Below, piece after piece: positions 17,376 through 26,326 of a stretch of 32,000 bases of DNA; position 1 is the stretch's first letter; each line of letters begins with the position of its first letter. Source of the stretch: Methanosarcina hadiensis (lineage in GTDB: Archaea > Halobacteriota > Methanosarcinia > Methanosarcinales > Methanosarcinaceae). The position numbers and the translations under genes were made by a program. Below the pieces are notes generated by a model that saw nothing but the letters and a program-made list of their open reading frames with translations, ran no database searches and was not told the origin of the DNA. The stretch covers positions 2,048,563 to 2,080,562 of the forward strand of contig NZ_CP136241.1 of NCBI RefSeq assembly GCF_046529725.1, in the 5' to 3' direction.

Positions 17376-18407
17376 TCAATTCATAAAAAATGGCGGATAA
17401 CCGTCAATGTCCCCCCTTAAATAGCGGGCCAGCAGCATTGCCTGCACATATGGGATCAGCCCTATCGGGATTTTTTCATTCAAATATGGGTGAGTAATCT
17501 GATCCAGTTTTCTCTTTTGCCAGGCTGCCAGTATATTTTTTCTTCCGTTTTCAGTCATGAGGACAGCCCCATTTTCCTTTTTAAGAAAATCTTTTCCATC
17601 AACCTGCTTGAGGTTAACCATACTCAATGCGAGGCGGTCAGCCATAAAAGGCCTGAGTTCCTCCATCATATCAAGCGCAAGACTGGGTCTTCCTGGACGG
17701 TCTGTATGGAAAAAACCAACATAAGGATCAAGTCCAACGGTTTCTAAAGCTGATTCAACATCATGGGCAAGCAGCGTATACAAAAAAGACAGCAAAGAAT
17801 TCATATTATCAAGGGGAGGTCTCCTGTTTCTCTCAAATATAAAAAAACTGTCCTTTTGTTTAAGAATAAGTTCGTCCAGTGCATCAAAGTAAAATTTGGC
17901 ACAATTTCCTTCAATGCCGCGAAGAGAATCCGAATTTAAACAGGAATCAATGCTCTTGAGGTTATCAATCAGTAAATCACTAACCGTACGAATCTTATCA
18001 ATGTCAATTACATCCCTGTGGTCCCGGATGCCTCTTCCAAGAACAGTACGGCAGTTGACAATTTTTCCGATGATAAAACACTTGGCAAAATCAAGAGAAT
18101 CTTCTTTACTATCTGCTTTTCGATATTGTGTACGACGTAGCAGAACATTTCCTCTAACTTTTCCATTTACACGCGCCAGAAATTTCCCATTTGGAGTCAA
18201 AAAAGATAATCCAACTCTATTGTCAGTACAGAGTTGCATTAGCTGAGGGCTGGCCCCCATATATGCAAAGCAGATTATGCCCTCAAGATTATGTATGGGA
18301 ATACGAAATGTTTCAATATCCTTTACCTTGACAACAACGTTCTCCCCGTCTCTGAGAAGATAGGATTCGGGGGTTGTGACATATAATGTATTCAGCAGTT
18401 TTCTCAT
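17376..18407 (-). CDS. cas1: CRISPR-associated endonuclease Cas1 (I-C type)
   Basis: 343 aa, MRKLLNTLYVTTPESYLLRDGENVVV..., with a conserved C-terminal helical domain (LDPYVGFFHTDRPGRPSLALDMMEELRP). Sits between cas4 and cas2. Confidence 0.95.
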   Translation of the reverse strand: MRKLLNTLYVTTPESYLLRDGENVVVKVKDIETFRIPIHNLEGIICFAYMGASPQLMQLCTDNRVGLSFLTPNGKFLARVNGKVRGNVLLRRTQYRKADSKEDSLDFAKCFIIGKIVNCRTVLGRGIRDHRDVIDIDKIRTVSDLLIDNLKSIDSCLNSDSLRGIEGNCAKFYFDALDELILKQKDSFFIFERNRRPPLDNMNSLLSFLYTLLAHDVESALETVGLDPYVGFFHTDRPGRPSLALDMMEELRPFMADRLALSMVNLKQVDGKDFLKKENGAVLMTENGRKNILAAWQKRKLDQITHPYLNEKIPIGLIPYVQAMLLARYLRGDIDGYPPFFMN

Positions 18408-18486
18408 GGATGTAAACCCCTTTTACTAGCCTGAGGTTTGAATCGGTTAATACATCTAGAAAGATATTCTGGAAAATTTGATAATT

Positions 18487-19173
18487 TCAGACATCACTAT
18501 TACATGCCTCATCCACATGATTTCTAACATATTTGCGGGCAGAAACAAACTTTTTCGTCAATTTCGGAACACAGACATCTACAAGAGAACAGTATCTGCA
18601 GTTTCGTGATTTTTCAGCAGACGGAGTAAGCTCTTTATTAAAGAGATGGTGCATCTCATCAGACAGAGAAATCACGAGATTTCTCAGCTCTTCGGTAATT
18701 TCAAGCTGAATTCTTCTCCGAATTTCATTATAGTAAAACTCAGCCGAATTTATGGTTACATTAAACATCTCTTCAAGGCACATTGCCTGTGCACAGAGCT
18801 GTACTTCGTCCCGCTTATCAATCTTCGGTTTGCCCCTTTTATACTCCACGGGATGCATTTTCCACAAACCTTCGTAATCCGGTAGAGAAATGCCATTTTC
18901 AGATCGGACATACTCAACAACATCTGCAACCCCGTAAAGCCCAAGTTGATGAGAAACCAGTGGAAATGCTCTTGACAACACAACATCACCTCTGCTTTCT
19001 TTGAGGAATGGATTATCCACACGCTCATGAAGAAAACGGCCTTCGGTTGTCTGAAGGTTTTCCTCCCACTGGCGTTCAATATGAATCAGGGCCCACTGGC
19101 GCTTGCAAAAATGGAAATGCTGTATGCCGGACAACGAGAGCAGCTCGTCTTCAGCATATTTCTTTTCGGTCAT
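18487..19173 (-). CDS. cas4: CRISPR-associated exonuclease Cas4 (RecB-like, Fe-S)
   Basis: 228 aa with an N-terminal Cys (HFHFCKRQW) plus C-terminal CRYCSLVDVC (4-Cys cluster). PD-(D/E)xK elements GVADVVEY and VEYKRGKPK. 4-bp overlap with cas7. Confidence 0.93.
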   Translation of the reverse strand: MTEKKYAEDELLSLSGIQHFHFCKRQWALIHIERQWEENLQTTEGRFLHERVDNPFLKESRGDVVLSRAFPLVSHQLGLYGVADVVEYVRSENGISLPDYEGLWKMHPVEYKRGKPKIDKRDEVQLCAQAMCLEEMFNVTINSAEFYYNEIRRRIQLEITEELRNLVISLSDEMHHLFNKELTPSAEKSRNCRYCSLVDVCVPKLTKKFVSARKYVRNHVDEACNSDV

Positions 19174-20018
19174 AATTTCTCAATCAGCTCAACACCGTTC
19201 GGCATGTCATCCGAGATTGTTACTTTATAATCCGCAAAAGAACGAGCAGGCATATCACGGGAAAGCCTCTCCACCTTAACTTTGTCAAACAGGGTATGGG
19301 ACTGGCAGCATCCAAGTTCACTACTGTGTTTGAAAACAATAAGTTTTCTTGCAGATATTTTTCCCCTTGCTGCCGAATGGTCATGCTCGAACATATTTAT
19401 CAGGCTATCCCAGAGCAGTTCCAGGTCATCTTCCTTAAATCCGGTCTTTTTAGCCAGATGAGCGGAAACGTATCCTTCTGCACGGTATAAGCCATAAGGC
19501 ACAATCTGTTTTTTACCCATTGTCTGGCCTTTTTCAGCATCTTTTTCATTGGTAACGGCACATCGAGTAACTGTTATTTCCTGCTGAAAAATCGGGTCAA
19601 TGCTGCGGGCAAAACTGAACTGTACAGGCCCTCTGACCTGACCGCAGTTGATCTCCGTTGTCATCACTGCACCGAACGTCCGAATGTCAAAAAAGTTCTG
19701 ACACATGAATTTTGTCAGTTCCTCTTCTTTTGGTTTTTTGGAATCCGGGTTTATTCCAAGGTAATCATATGCCTTCTTATGCTGGTTATTGAGGACTGAA
19801 CCGGATTTCACATATATGTCATAACCTGCATTTCCGCTTTTCATAAGATCAACATAATCTCTTACTTTCCTCTTGAGACAGACGTCAGTGACAATTCCGT
19901 TTCCGGTCTGGGGGTCAACCCTAGGCATATTACCCATATCAGGGTCGCCATTCGGGTTACCGTTCTCAACATCAAACAGCAGTACAAATTCGTATCGATT
20001 CTTGATGGTTTCACTCAT
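19170..20018 (-). CDS. cas7: type I-C Cascade backbone subunit Cas7 (Csd2)
   Basis: N-terminus NRYEFVLLFDVENGNPNGDPD is the classic Csd2 signature. 282 aa. ATGA overlaps with cas8c upstream and cas4 downstream. Confidence 0.95.
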   Translation of the reverse strand: MSETIKNRYEFVLLFDVENGNPNGDPDMGNMPRVDPQTGNGIVTDVCLKRKVRDYVDLMKSGNAGYDIYVKSGSVLNNQHKKAYDYLGINPDSKKPKEEELTKFMCQNFFDIRTFGAVMTTEINCGQVRGPVQFSFARSIDPIFQQEITVTRCAVTNEKDAEKGQTMGKKQIVPYGLYRAEGYVSAHLAKKTGFKEDDLELLWDSLINMFEHDHSAARGKISARKLIVFKHSSELGCCQSHTLFDKVKVERLSRDMPARSFADYKVTISDDMPNGVELIEKL

Positions 20019-21898
20019 AACGACATCTCCTCATTTGCTGCGACCTCTTTTTTCGTGAAAAAAGCCTTACGCTGGTGATAGTAACCAAGCATGAACATGC
20101 CCTGATCTTCAAGGTTCAGATATGCAGGGAACTCATTCACACCTGCCAGGATCTGTTCGATTAACTGGTTAGACCTGAAGCCCCACTCGGATTTCGCAAT
20201 GTGGTGTTGTGCAAGTTTTAACAGCACAGGAAACACAACTGCGGGCGTTGACGAAGCGCTGCTAAAGTATTTGCTGTTGATGGTGCTCTTCATCTCTCTG
20301 TTCGTATCATTCTGTGCCTTTTCAAGAGCTGCAAATAACCTTCCAAGTCGATATGGCACATTTGAACTTTCCTCGTTTAAACTCATGGTAATCAAATCCT
20401 GATTTAAATTCGATAATCCCGTCCTGCTCAGTCTGAGCAAGTATGCTTTGATAAAACCAGCTCTGACAAAATTTATTGAGCCATCTACTTTCACACGGCT
20501 CAGGATTGCACTATATAATGAGATAGGATAGCCCGTATTGGTCAAGATCGAACGCATAATCAGGCCACCAAAGAGTGGCGAAATGGTTTTTTTATCTGAA
20601 CTCTGAGGAACCGTCTCATTCAACAGGCGATGTACTGAAACGTATCGTGGACCATAATCATCTCTGATAACTTCCATGTCCAGATGGTGACGGGCAACTT
20701 TTTCAATCAAATTCCCAATACTGTCAACATACCAGAAACGTACTGCAAGCCGTGCATTATTAGGAGACAAACCAAGGATATAGAAACTCGTTTCTGGGTC
20801 TGTCCCAATGTCCTCTTGATTCACTTTTTTGCCGATTCGAACTTTATTGAGAATGTCCTCTATCTGTTTGGTTTTGTTTAGGTCCTGTACCCGAGAATAC
20901 TCTACATTTTTTTTCTCTTTCGTATCCGGTTCAACAGGGTCAAAAAAGAATTTCGCAAGATCTTCACATGACTTTTCATGTGTTTCAGCCCAGAAAACAA
21001 CTGTAGTATCAGCAATTCTTATCCTGTTGCCAGGACTTGAAAGAAGGTAATTCAGGGTAGTTGTATACCTGAACATCGCTGATTCGCTGATTGGAGAATT
21101 AAAACTCTGTTCTTTTCCATAAGAACAGAAAGCATCATTATTGAAACTGACAATGGAAGCGCCTGCCGATTGGGCCCCGACAACGCCCTTTATCTTTTGA
21201 TGGATCTTGGATACCGGCTCCACTTTACCACTTATCAGGCACTGGGCAAATGTATTGCCAGTCTCATTCTGGGAGTAAGCTTCCCAGGCGTTTCTAACCG
21301 CACTGTTTTGATGCAAAAAACTCCCATTACACTCAAAAATACAGTTTCCACCAGCAAGAAGATCATCTTTATACTCTCTGGTCTTTGGATTTTCAAAGAA
21401 ATCTTCTGGATTCCATCTGTCCAAAAAAGCAAGGAATCCCCGGACTCCGAGATCATTAAGACCATCCAATATACTATGATGAAGGGTTTTGAAAGCCTCA
21501 AAGCACTCTCTGGAACGCCGATGGACAAGAGTTACTTCTTTATCAGTCTCTTCTAATATCGTATGCTCAAGAGAATTCTCTTCAGACGAGGCAAAATTAA
21601 ATTTTTTCTCAAATTCACTTCTTTTTACTTTTTCTACACCAAAAACATACTTTGCATTATCACAGACAAAATATGGAAAAACCCCGCTAGAACGGGATTT
21701 CTGGATAGGAACATCCATATCTTTGGGCTTTGGCTTTTTGTCATCACTTCTCAGTTCAACAATATGTGACAGAACGCCATCAAGGGAAATGACAAGGGCA
21801 AATGAGACCTTAGCATTACTATATCCCAGCTTTGGAATATTGACGTTTTCATCTCCTTCAAGAACATCGTAATGGCAGCAGAGTGATTGGATGATCAT
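20015..21898 (-). CDS. cas8c: type I-C Cascade large subunit Cas8c (Csd1)
   Basis: 627 aa with a Csd1-like N-terminus MIIQSLCCHYDVL...GYSNAKVSFALVISLDG. Positioned between cas5 and cas7. Confidence 0.9.
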   Translation of the reverse strand: MIIQSLCCHYDVLEGDENVNIPKLGYSNAKVSFALVISLDGVLSHIVELRSDDKKPKPKDMDVPIQKSRSSGVFPYFVCDNAKYVFGVEKVKRSEFEKKFNFASSEENSLEHTILEETDKEVTLVHRRSRECFEAFKTLHHSILDGLNDLGVRGFLAFLDRWNPEDFFENPKTREYKDDLLAGGNCIFECNGSFLHQNSAVRNAWEAYSQNETGNTFAQCLISGKVEPVSKIHQKIKGVVGAQSAGASIVSFNNDAFCSYGKEQSFNSPISESAMFRYTTTLNYLLSSPGNRIRIADTTVVFWAETHEKSCEDLAKFFFDPVEPDTKEKKNVEYSRVQDLNKTKQIEDILNKVRIGKKVNQEDIGTDPETSFYILGLSPNNARLAVRFWYVDSIGNLIEKVARHHLDMEVIRDDYGPRYVSVHRLLNETVPQSSDKKTISPLFGGLIMRSILTNTGYPISLYSAILSRVKVDGSINFVRAGFIKAYLLRLSRTGLSNLNQDLITMSLNEESSNVPYRLGRLFAALEKAQNDTNREMKSTINSKYFSSASSTPAVVFPVLLKLAQHHIAKSEWGFRSNQLIEQILAGVNEFPAYLNLEDQGMFMLGYYHQRKAFFTKKEVAANEEMSL

Positions 21899-22575
21899 GA
21901 GACTCCCCCGTTAGACAGACATTTCTCAACATCAATAACTCCGTCTACCATACAGGCACGGAAAAAGACTGCTTTCATCTCGTCAGAAAAGTCAATATAA
22001 TAAAGCATGAATCCAAGATCTTTTTCTCCTTCTTTTTTTCCATAATAATAAGACGTAGGAATTTCGCCCTCAATTAATTCAAACTGGACCGGAAACTCAC
22101 GACAGCCAAAATAAGGGTGATGGAAACATTGTCCTTTTCTCATCCGCCGAAGTGCAATATTGTAATGTTTTTCGACGGTGTCATCAGGCCCTGCACGGTC
22201 TGTCATCTCAAAATGTGCCTCAATTACATAGCAGACATCACGCAGAACAAGGGACGCTCTTTGAACAGTATCCTCTGTTGAGTCCTGATATAGAGCAATA
22301 TCACCTCCCTTAAAAGCAGTTTTTACGTTGCCTGCAAGTATTTTTCCCGGCCTTTCATTTCTGCGGATGTTGTCAAACTTGATCGGATTCAGGACATGAA
22401 TTCTATCAATTTTCCAGAAAATCGCAGGTTTCCAATATATCGCTTCAAGAATTCCTCTTGCTGCTGAGGGAGTTATGATATCGTAACTCACGCGTTCAAC
22501 TTTCATCTCCGGCCGCGTAAAACACGCATAGTCCCCCCATATTTTAAGCTTGATTCCAAATCCTATTCCAATCAC
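21895..22575 (-). CDS. cas5: type I-C Cas5d (pre-crRNA processing subunit)
   Basis: KIWGDYACFTRPEMKVERVSYDIITPSAARGILEAIYWKPAIFW is the Cas5d signature. 226 aa. No cas6 in the locus. Confidence 0.95.
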   Translation of the reverse strand: MIGIGFGIKLKIWGDYACFTRPEMKVERVSYDIITPSAARGILEAIYWKPAIFWKIDRIHVLNPIKFDNIRRNERPGKILAGNVKTAFKGGDIALYQDSTEDTVQRASLVLRDVCYVIEAHFEMTDRAGPDDTVEKHYNIALRRMRKGQCFHHPYFGCREFPVQFELIEGEIPTSYYYGKKEGEKDLGFMLYYIDFSDEMKAVFFRACMVDGVIDVEKCLSNGGVS

Positions 22576-22641
22576 CTCACTAAATAATAAACGGTTTTCA
22601 CATATAACTCTTCGGTATATAGTAAAGAATAAAAGTTTTCC

Positions 22642-24822
22642 TTAAATAATAAACAATGAGTAATCATCATAATTCTGTTTTGGGTTCAAAAGTCCAATAT
22701 TTTCAGAATAATAATTCTCTGCATCCTTTAAAACAAAAAATCTATCAGCTATCGAAGAAATCGTATTGCTTTTTTCGAGTGCCTTGAACTCTTCGACATA
22801 AATGTTTACTGTATACCCCTGTAGATTTCGAATATATCTCCCAGGAAATCCTGTTTGTTGAATATGTTTTATTATGGATCTTGCCTTGTCGTCATATGGA
22901 ATAATGATATCTCGCGTATCATTATCAATAAGATTGAATGCATCAGCCACATCTTCAAATGGAAACGCAATCTCTCTCAATCTTTCTTCAAAAGAGGGAA
23001 GAATTTTCTTTTTATCAAGCCCGTCTCCTTCGTACGAATAAAGTTTCTCAAAATATCTGTTCACGGCAGGGAGTGATAAAGGATCATCCCATTCATCAAA
23101 GATCATTCTTCCAATCTCGGCAACCCGACTCTGCCAGTGCGTTGCCTTTCCATAATCTTCAGTAGATCGAAAAACATAAACTTCTCCAGAATCCAGTTTT
23201 CCTTCGCGATTACACCTTCCAGACGCCTGGCAGACGGAATCGACTCCGGATATTGCTCGGTACACAGCAGGAAAATCAATATCAACCCCAGCTTCAATCA
23301 GCTGGGTGGAAATGACACGGCATTCAGTACCTTCTTTCAGCAGATTTTTTATCTTCTTCAGTTTCATTCTTCTATGGACCGGACACATTCTTGCACTAAG
23401 GTGATAGCAACCTTCAGACTCAGAGAGTCGTTCATACAATTTTTGTGCGTGTTTTCGGGTGTTGACGATACACAAAACCTGCTTGTGCACGTTAAGTCTG
23501 GCTGAAAGATCAGAATCATCTATGTCTCCAAGGTCTGTCACATGGACTCGCCTGAATGCTTCGTACAGTTCTTGAGGAGAACGCATTATCTCAACAGGCT
23601 TGACATTCTTATCCAGAAGCCCATTAAGATTCGGCTGAGTTGCCGTACAGATAACGACTGTTGACCCATAATTGACTACCAGTTCAGAAAGAGCGGAAAG
23701 GCACGGTTTTAAAAAACCTGTAGGTAGCATCTGAGCTTCGTCAAGAATTATTACACTTTTTGCAAGATTATGCAGCTTGCGACATCGAGAAACTTTATTG
23801 GAAAAAAGAGATTCAAAAAACTGGACATTTGTTGTAACGATAATAGAAATGTCCCAGTTTTCCGATGAAAGTTTCAGTTTCTCCCGTGAAAGATCAGTGC
23901 TTTCAGATTTTTCATTTTTAGGTTCGTAATTGCTGTGGTGCTCAAGCACGTTTTTGTTTCCAAAAATTTCGCGAAATACATCTGCGTTCTGTTCTATAAT
24001 GCTTGTATATGGTATGACATAGAGAATTCTGTTCAACTTGTATTTTCTCAAATGGTTCAGAGCAAATGCCATTGATGAGAGTGTTTTTCCTCCACCGGTA
24101 GGGACAGTCAAAGAAAAAATCTGCGGCGGCAATTCTGCCTTCTCTATACATTGTTCATAGATTTCTCTTCGATACCTGTTGATCGAGTTTTCTTCAGATG
24201 TTGAAAGTTTGGCTTTCATGTAGTTGTCAAATTTTAAAAAAAGCTCATCAAATGGCTCATATTGCCCTCTTAAAGAGAATTTGTCAGGTGAAAGAAATCG
24301 TTCAGTATCAAGAAAATCAGCATCAACAAGGCATGAGAAAAGCATACGGGTATAAAACGAAATTGCAAACCCCATCTTATTGTTAATGGGAGTAAGACCT
24401 GGGCGTAATTTGCTCAGGTCTGGAGCTGAAATCTCATTTTTGTATGCAGAATAGTCAGGTAAAAAAGGCCTTGATAAGCGTTCATCGAGTCCGCATTCTT
24501 TAGTCCCATAATTGAGTAGACCTCCGTGATGCCCAGTTATAATATATTCCAATATGCGGCTTTGAGCTCCATTATAAAGTTTTCTAGCCTCCTGTGCACC
24601 GGCAGTAGAGTGATCAACTCTTATATTTTTGCCATCCAAACGTCTCTGAAACTCATGTGAGTATTTCCCTACATCATGCAACAAACCCGCAGCGTATCCG
24701 AATTCAGCGGCATTGAATTCTTTGGAAAATTCTGAAGCAATGTTTGCCACATTTTCCAAGTGATCTTTTAAGGTTTGCCAGTCATACCTATCCTTTCTGT
24801 CTGTAGAATGGGCGTAATACAT
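22642..24822 (-). CDS. cas3: Cas3 HD nuclease / SF2 helicase
   Basis: 726 aa with N-terminal HD motifs (YAHS, LHDVGK, ITGHHGGL) and helicase motifs I (PTGGGKT) and II (ILDEAQ). First gene of the cas operon. Confidence 0.95.
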   Translation of the reverse strand: MYYAHSTDRKDRYDWQTLKDHLENVANIASEFSKEFNAAEFGYAAGLLHDVGKYSHEFQRRLDGKNIRVDHSTAGAQEARKLYNGAQSRILEYIITGHHGGLLNYGTKECGLDERLSRPFLPDYSAYKNEISAPDLSKLRPGLTPINNKMGFAISFYTRMLFSCLVDADFLDTERFLSPDKFSLRGQYEPFDELFLKFDNYMKAKLSTSEENSINRYRREIYEQCIEKAELPPQIFSLTVPTGGGKTLSSMAFALNHLRKYKLNRILYVIPYTSIIEQNADVFREIFGNKNVLEHHSNYEPKNEKSESTDLSREKLKLSSENWDISIIVTTNVQFFESLFSNKVSRCRKLHNLAKSVIILDEAQMLPTGFLKPCLSALSELVVNYGSTVVICTATQPNLNGLLDKNVKPVEIMRSPQELYEAFRRVHVTDLGDIDDSDLSARLNVHKQVLCIVNTRKHAQKLYERLSESEGCYHLSARMCPVHRRMKLKKIKNLLKEGTECRVISTQLIEAGVDIDFPAVYRAISGVDSVCQASGRCNREGKLDSGEVYVFRSTEDYGKATHWQSRVAEIGRMIFDEWDDPLSLPAVNRYFEKLYSYEGDGLDKKKILPSFEERLREIAFPFEDVADAFNLIDNDTRDIIIPYDDKARSIIKHIQQTGFPGRYIRNLQGYTVNIYVEEFKALEKSNTISSIADRFFVLKDAENYYSENIGLLNPKQNYDDYSLFII

Positions 24823-25395
24823 GATATTTCACTGTGATCTTTATGCCTCGATATTGCTTCTTACTGATACAGAAGCAGTCTGTATGCTCACTATAAATAT
24901 CAAGAATGGAAAGTTAAAATCAGAAGCTATAAAGTAATTTTTTAAGGTCATCCATAGGAGAAAATACAGGCTTTCAACCAAGAAAGGAATATCTTTATAC
25001 TGGAGAAAGCTTCAAATTGTTTAAAGACCTAGGAATTTGCCTCTTTTCTTTAACTTTCGTAATCCTATATTAAAATATTAAAGTAAGTTTCTCTTAAGAT
25101 ATTTAACAATTGAGTTTTTCTTTTTCATCAAATATTTATTTAAGAGTAAAGCTATAAATATGGCATTTTAAATGTTTCATATTTTATAGTATAAATTTAT
25201 CAAAGAGACATCTAAATCAGCTGCGAGAATTGAAAAAAAGACAAACAAAACTTATCAAGCTACTAAGTTCAATCAATTGAAGTTTGTTTTTCAGAAGATT
25301 TTCATAAAGACCTGTTTAATACTTTGCAAAAATATACCTTCCCCTACTTTTATAAAGTAAAAAAACTCTTTTCTTCAACCAGGAGCCACTCCAGA

Positions 25396-26067
25396 ATGAT
25401 AATCGCAGGAATTGATGAAGCCGGAAAAGGTCCGGTAATCGGGCCCATGTGCATAGGAGGCGTAAAAATCAATGAGTCCAAAGCCCATATCCTCAAGGTG
25501 CTGGGAGTTGCGGACTCCAAGAAACTGACGCCGAAAAAAAGGGAGCAGCTGGCAGCCCAGATTAAAAAGCACGCAGATGGCTTTTTTGTTCTTGAGGTCA
25601 GCCCGTCTCAAATAGACGAACTCAGGAAAATAATGAGCATGAATGAGATTATGGTTGTCTGCTTTGCAAAAGTGCTTGAACAGCTGAAGCCGGATATTGT
25701 GTATGCCGATGCTGCTGATGTAAAAGCCGAACGTTTTGCCGAAAACCTGCTCAGGCAGTACGCAAAAACCAGCCCTGACCATGCAAAGAAAATAGAAATA
25801 ATTTCCATGCACCAGGCAGATGCGATTTATCCGGTGGTCTCGGCAGCTTCGATTATTGCAAAGGTGCGCAGGGACGAGCTGATAGAAGAACTCAAAAAAG
25901 AATGGTGCACAGACTTTGGAAGCGGTTATCCTTCTGACCCCAAGACAAAGGAGTTCCTCTTGAAATGGGGGAAAGAGCACTGCGGAGAATTTCCTGAAAT
26001 AGTCAGGCATTCCTGGCAGACTGTGGAAAACATAAAGCAAGAAATAGAAAAAACCGGAAAAGAGTAA
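25396..26067 (+). CDS. rnhB: ribonuclease HII
   Basis: MIIAGIDEAGKGPVIGPM... and DSKKL motifs. The ORF opens at TTG 25324, but ATG 25396 fits the family start. TATA-like TTTTATAAA at 25348-25356. Confidence 0.92.
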   Translation: MIIAGIDEAGKGPVIGPMCIGGVKINESKAHILKVLGVADSKKLTPKKREQLAAQIKKHADGFFVLEVSPSQIDELRKIMSMNEIMVVCFAKVLEQLKPDIVYADAADVKAERFAENLLRQYAKTSPDHAKKIEIISMHQADAIYPVVSAASIIAKVRRDELIEELKKEWCTDFGSGYPSDPKTKEFLLKWGKEHCGEFPEIVRHSWQTVENIKQEIEKTGKE

Positions 26068-26085
26068 AATTAGTTTTTCCAGAAT

Positions 26086-26157
26086 CTTCAAGCCTTTTTT
26101 GAAACCTTTCTTTAAGCATTTCTTCAAGCCTTTCTTGAAACCTTCTTTAAGCCTTTT
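26086..26157. repeat. 36-bp imperfect tandem repeat x2 downstream of rnhB
   Basis: CTTCAAGCCTTTTTTGAAACCTTTCTTTAAGCATTT (26086-26121) and CTTCAAGCCTTTCTTGAAACCTTCTTTAAGCCTTTT (26122-26157). T-rich on the + strand. Confidence 0.8.
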
Positions 26158-26326
26158 TTTATGTTATTTTCTTTTATTTCTAAAATAATAGATTTAAATT
26201 CTTTATAAATTCCCAAAAATATAGGAAGACTAATATCAGAGTATTCCAATATAAATAACTCAATTCTTTTACTTAATTCTTAAAACCAGCATTTTTTAAA
26301 GGATTTAATTGGAAAGGGGTTTATAT

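Noticed and set aside
17896-24386. Nested or antisense ORFs inside cas genes, for example 17896..18246, 18756..19079, 21170..21556, 21489..21872, 23137..23505 and 24198..24386.
   Set aside because: All lie within confidently identified cas coding regions, in other frames or on the other strand, and have no motifs. They are typical spurious ORFs.
25375-26127. 250-aa ORF antisense to rnhB.
   Set aside because: It fully overlaps the well-supported RNase HII gene, has an odd composition and no motifs, and begins inside the downstream tandem repeat.
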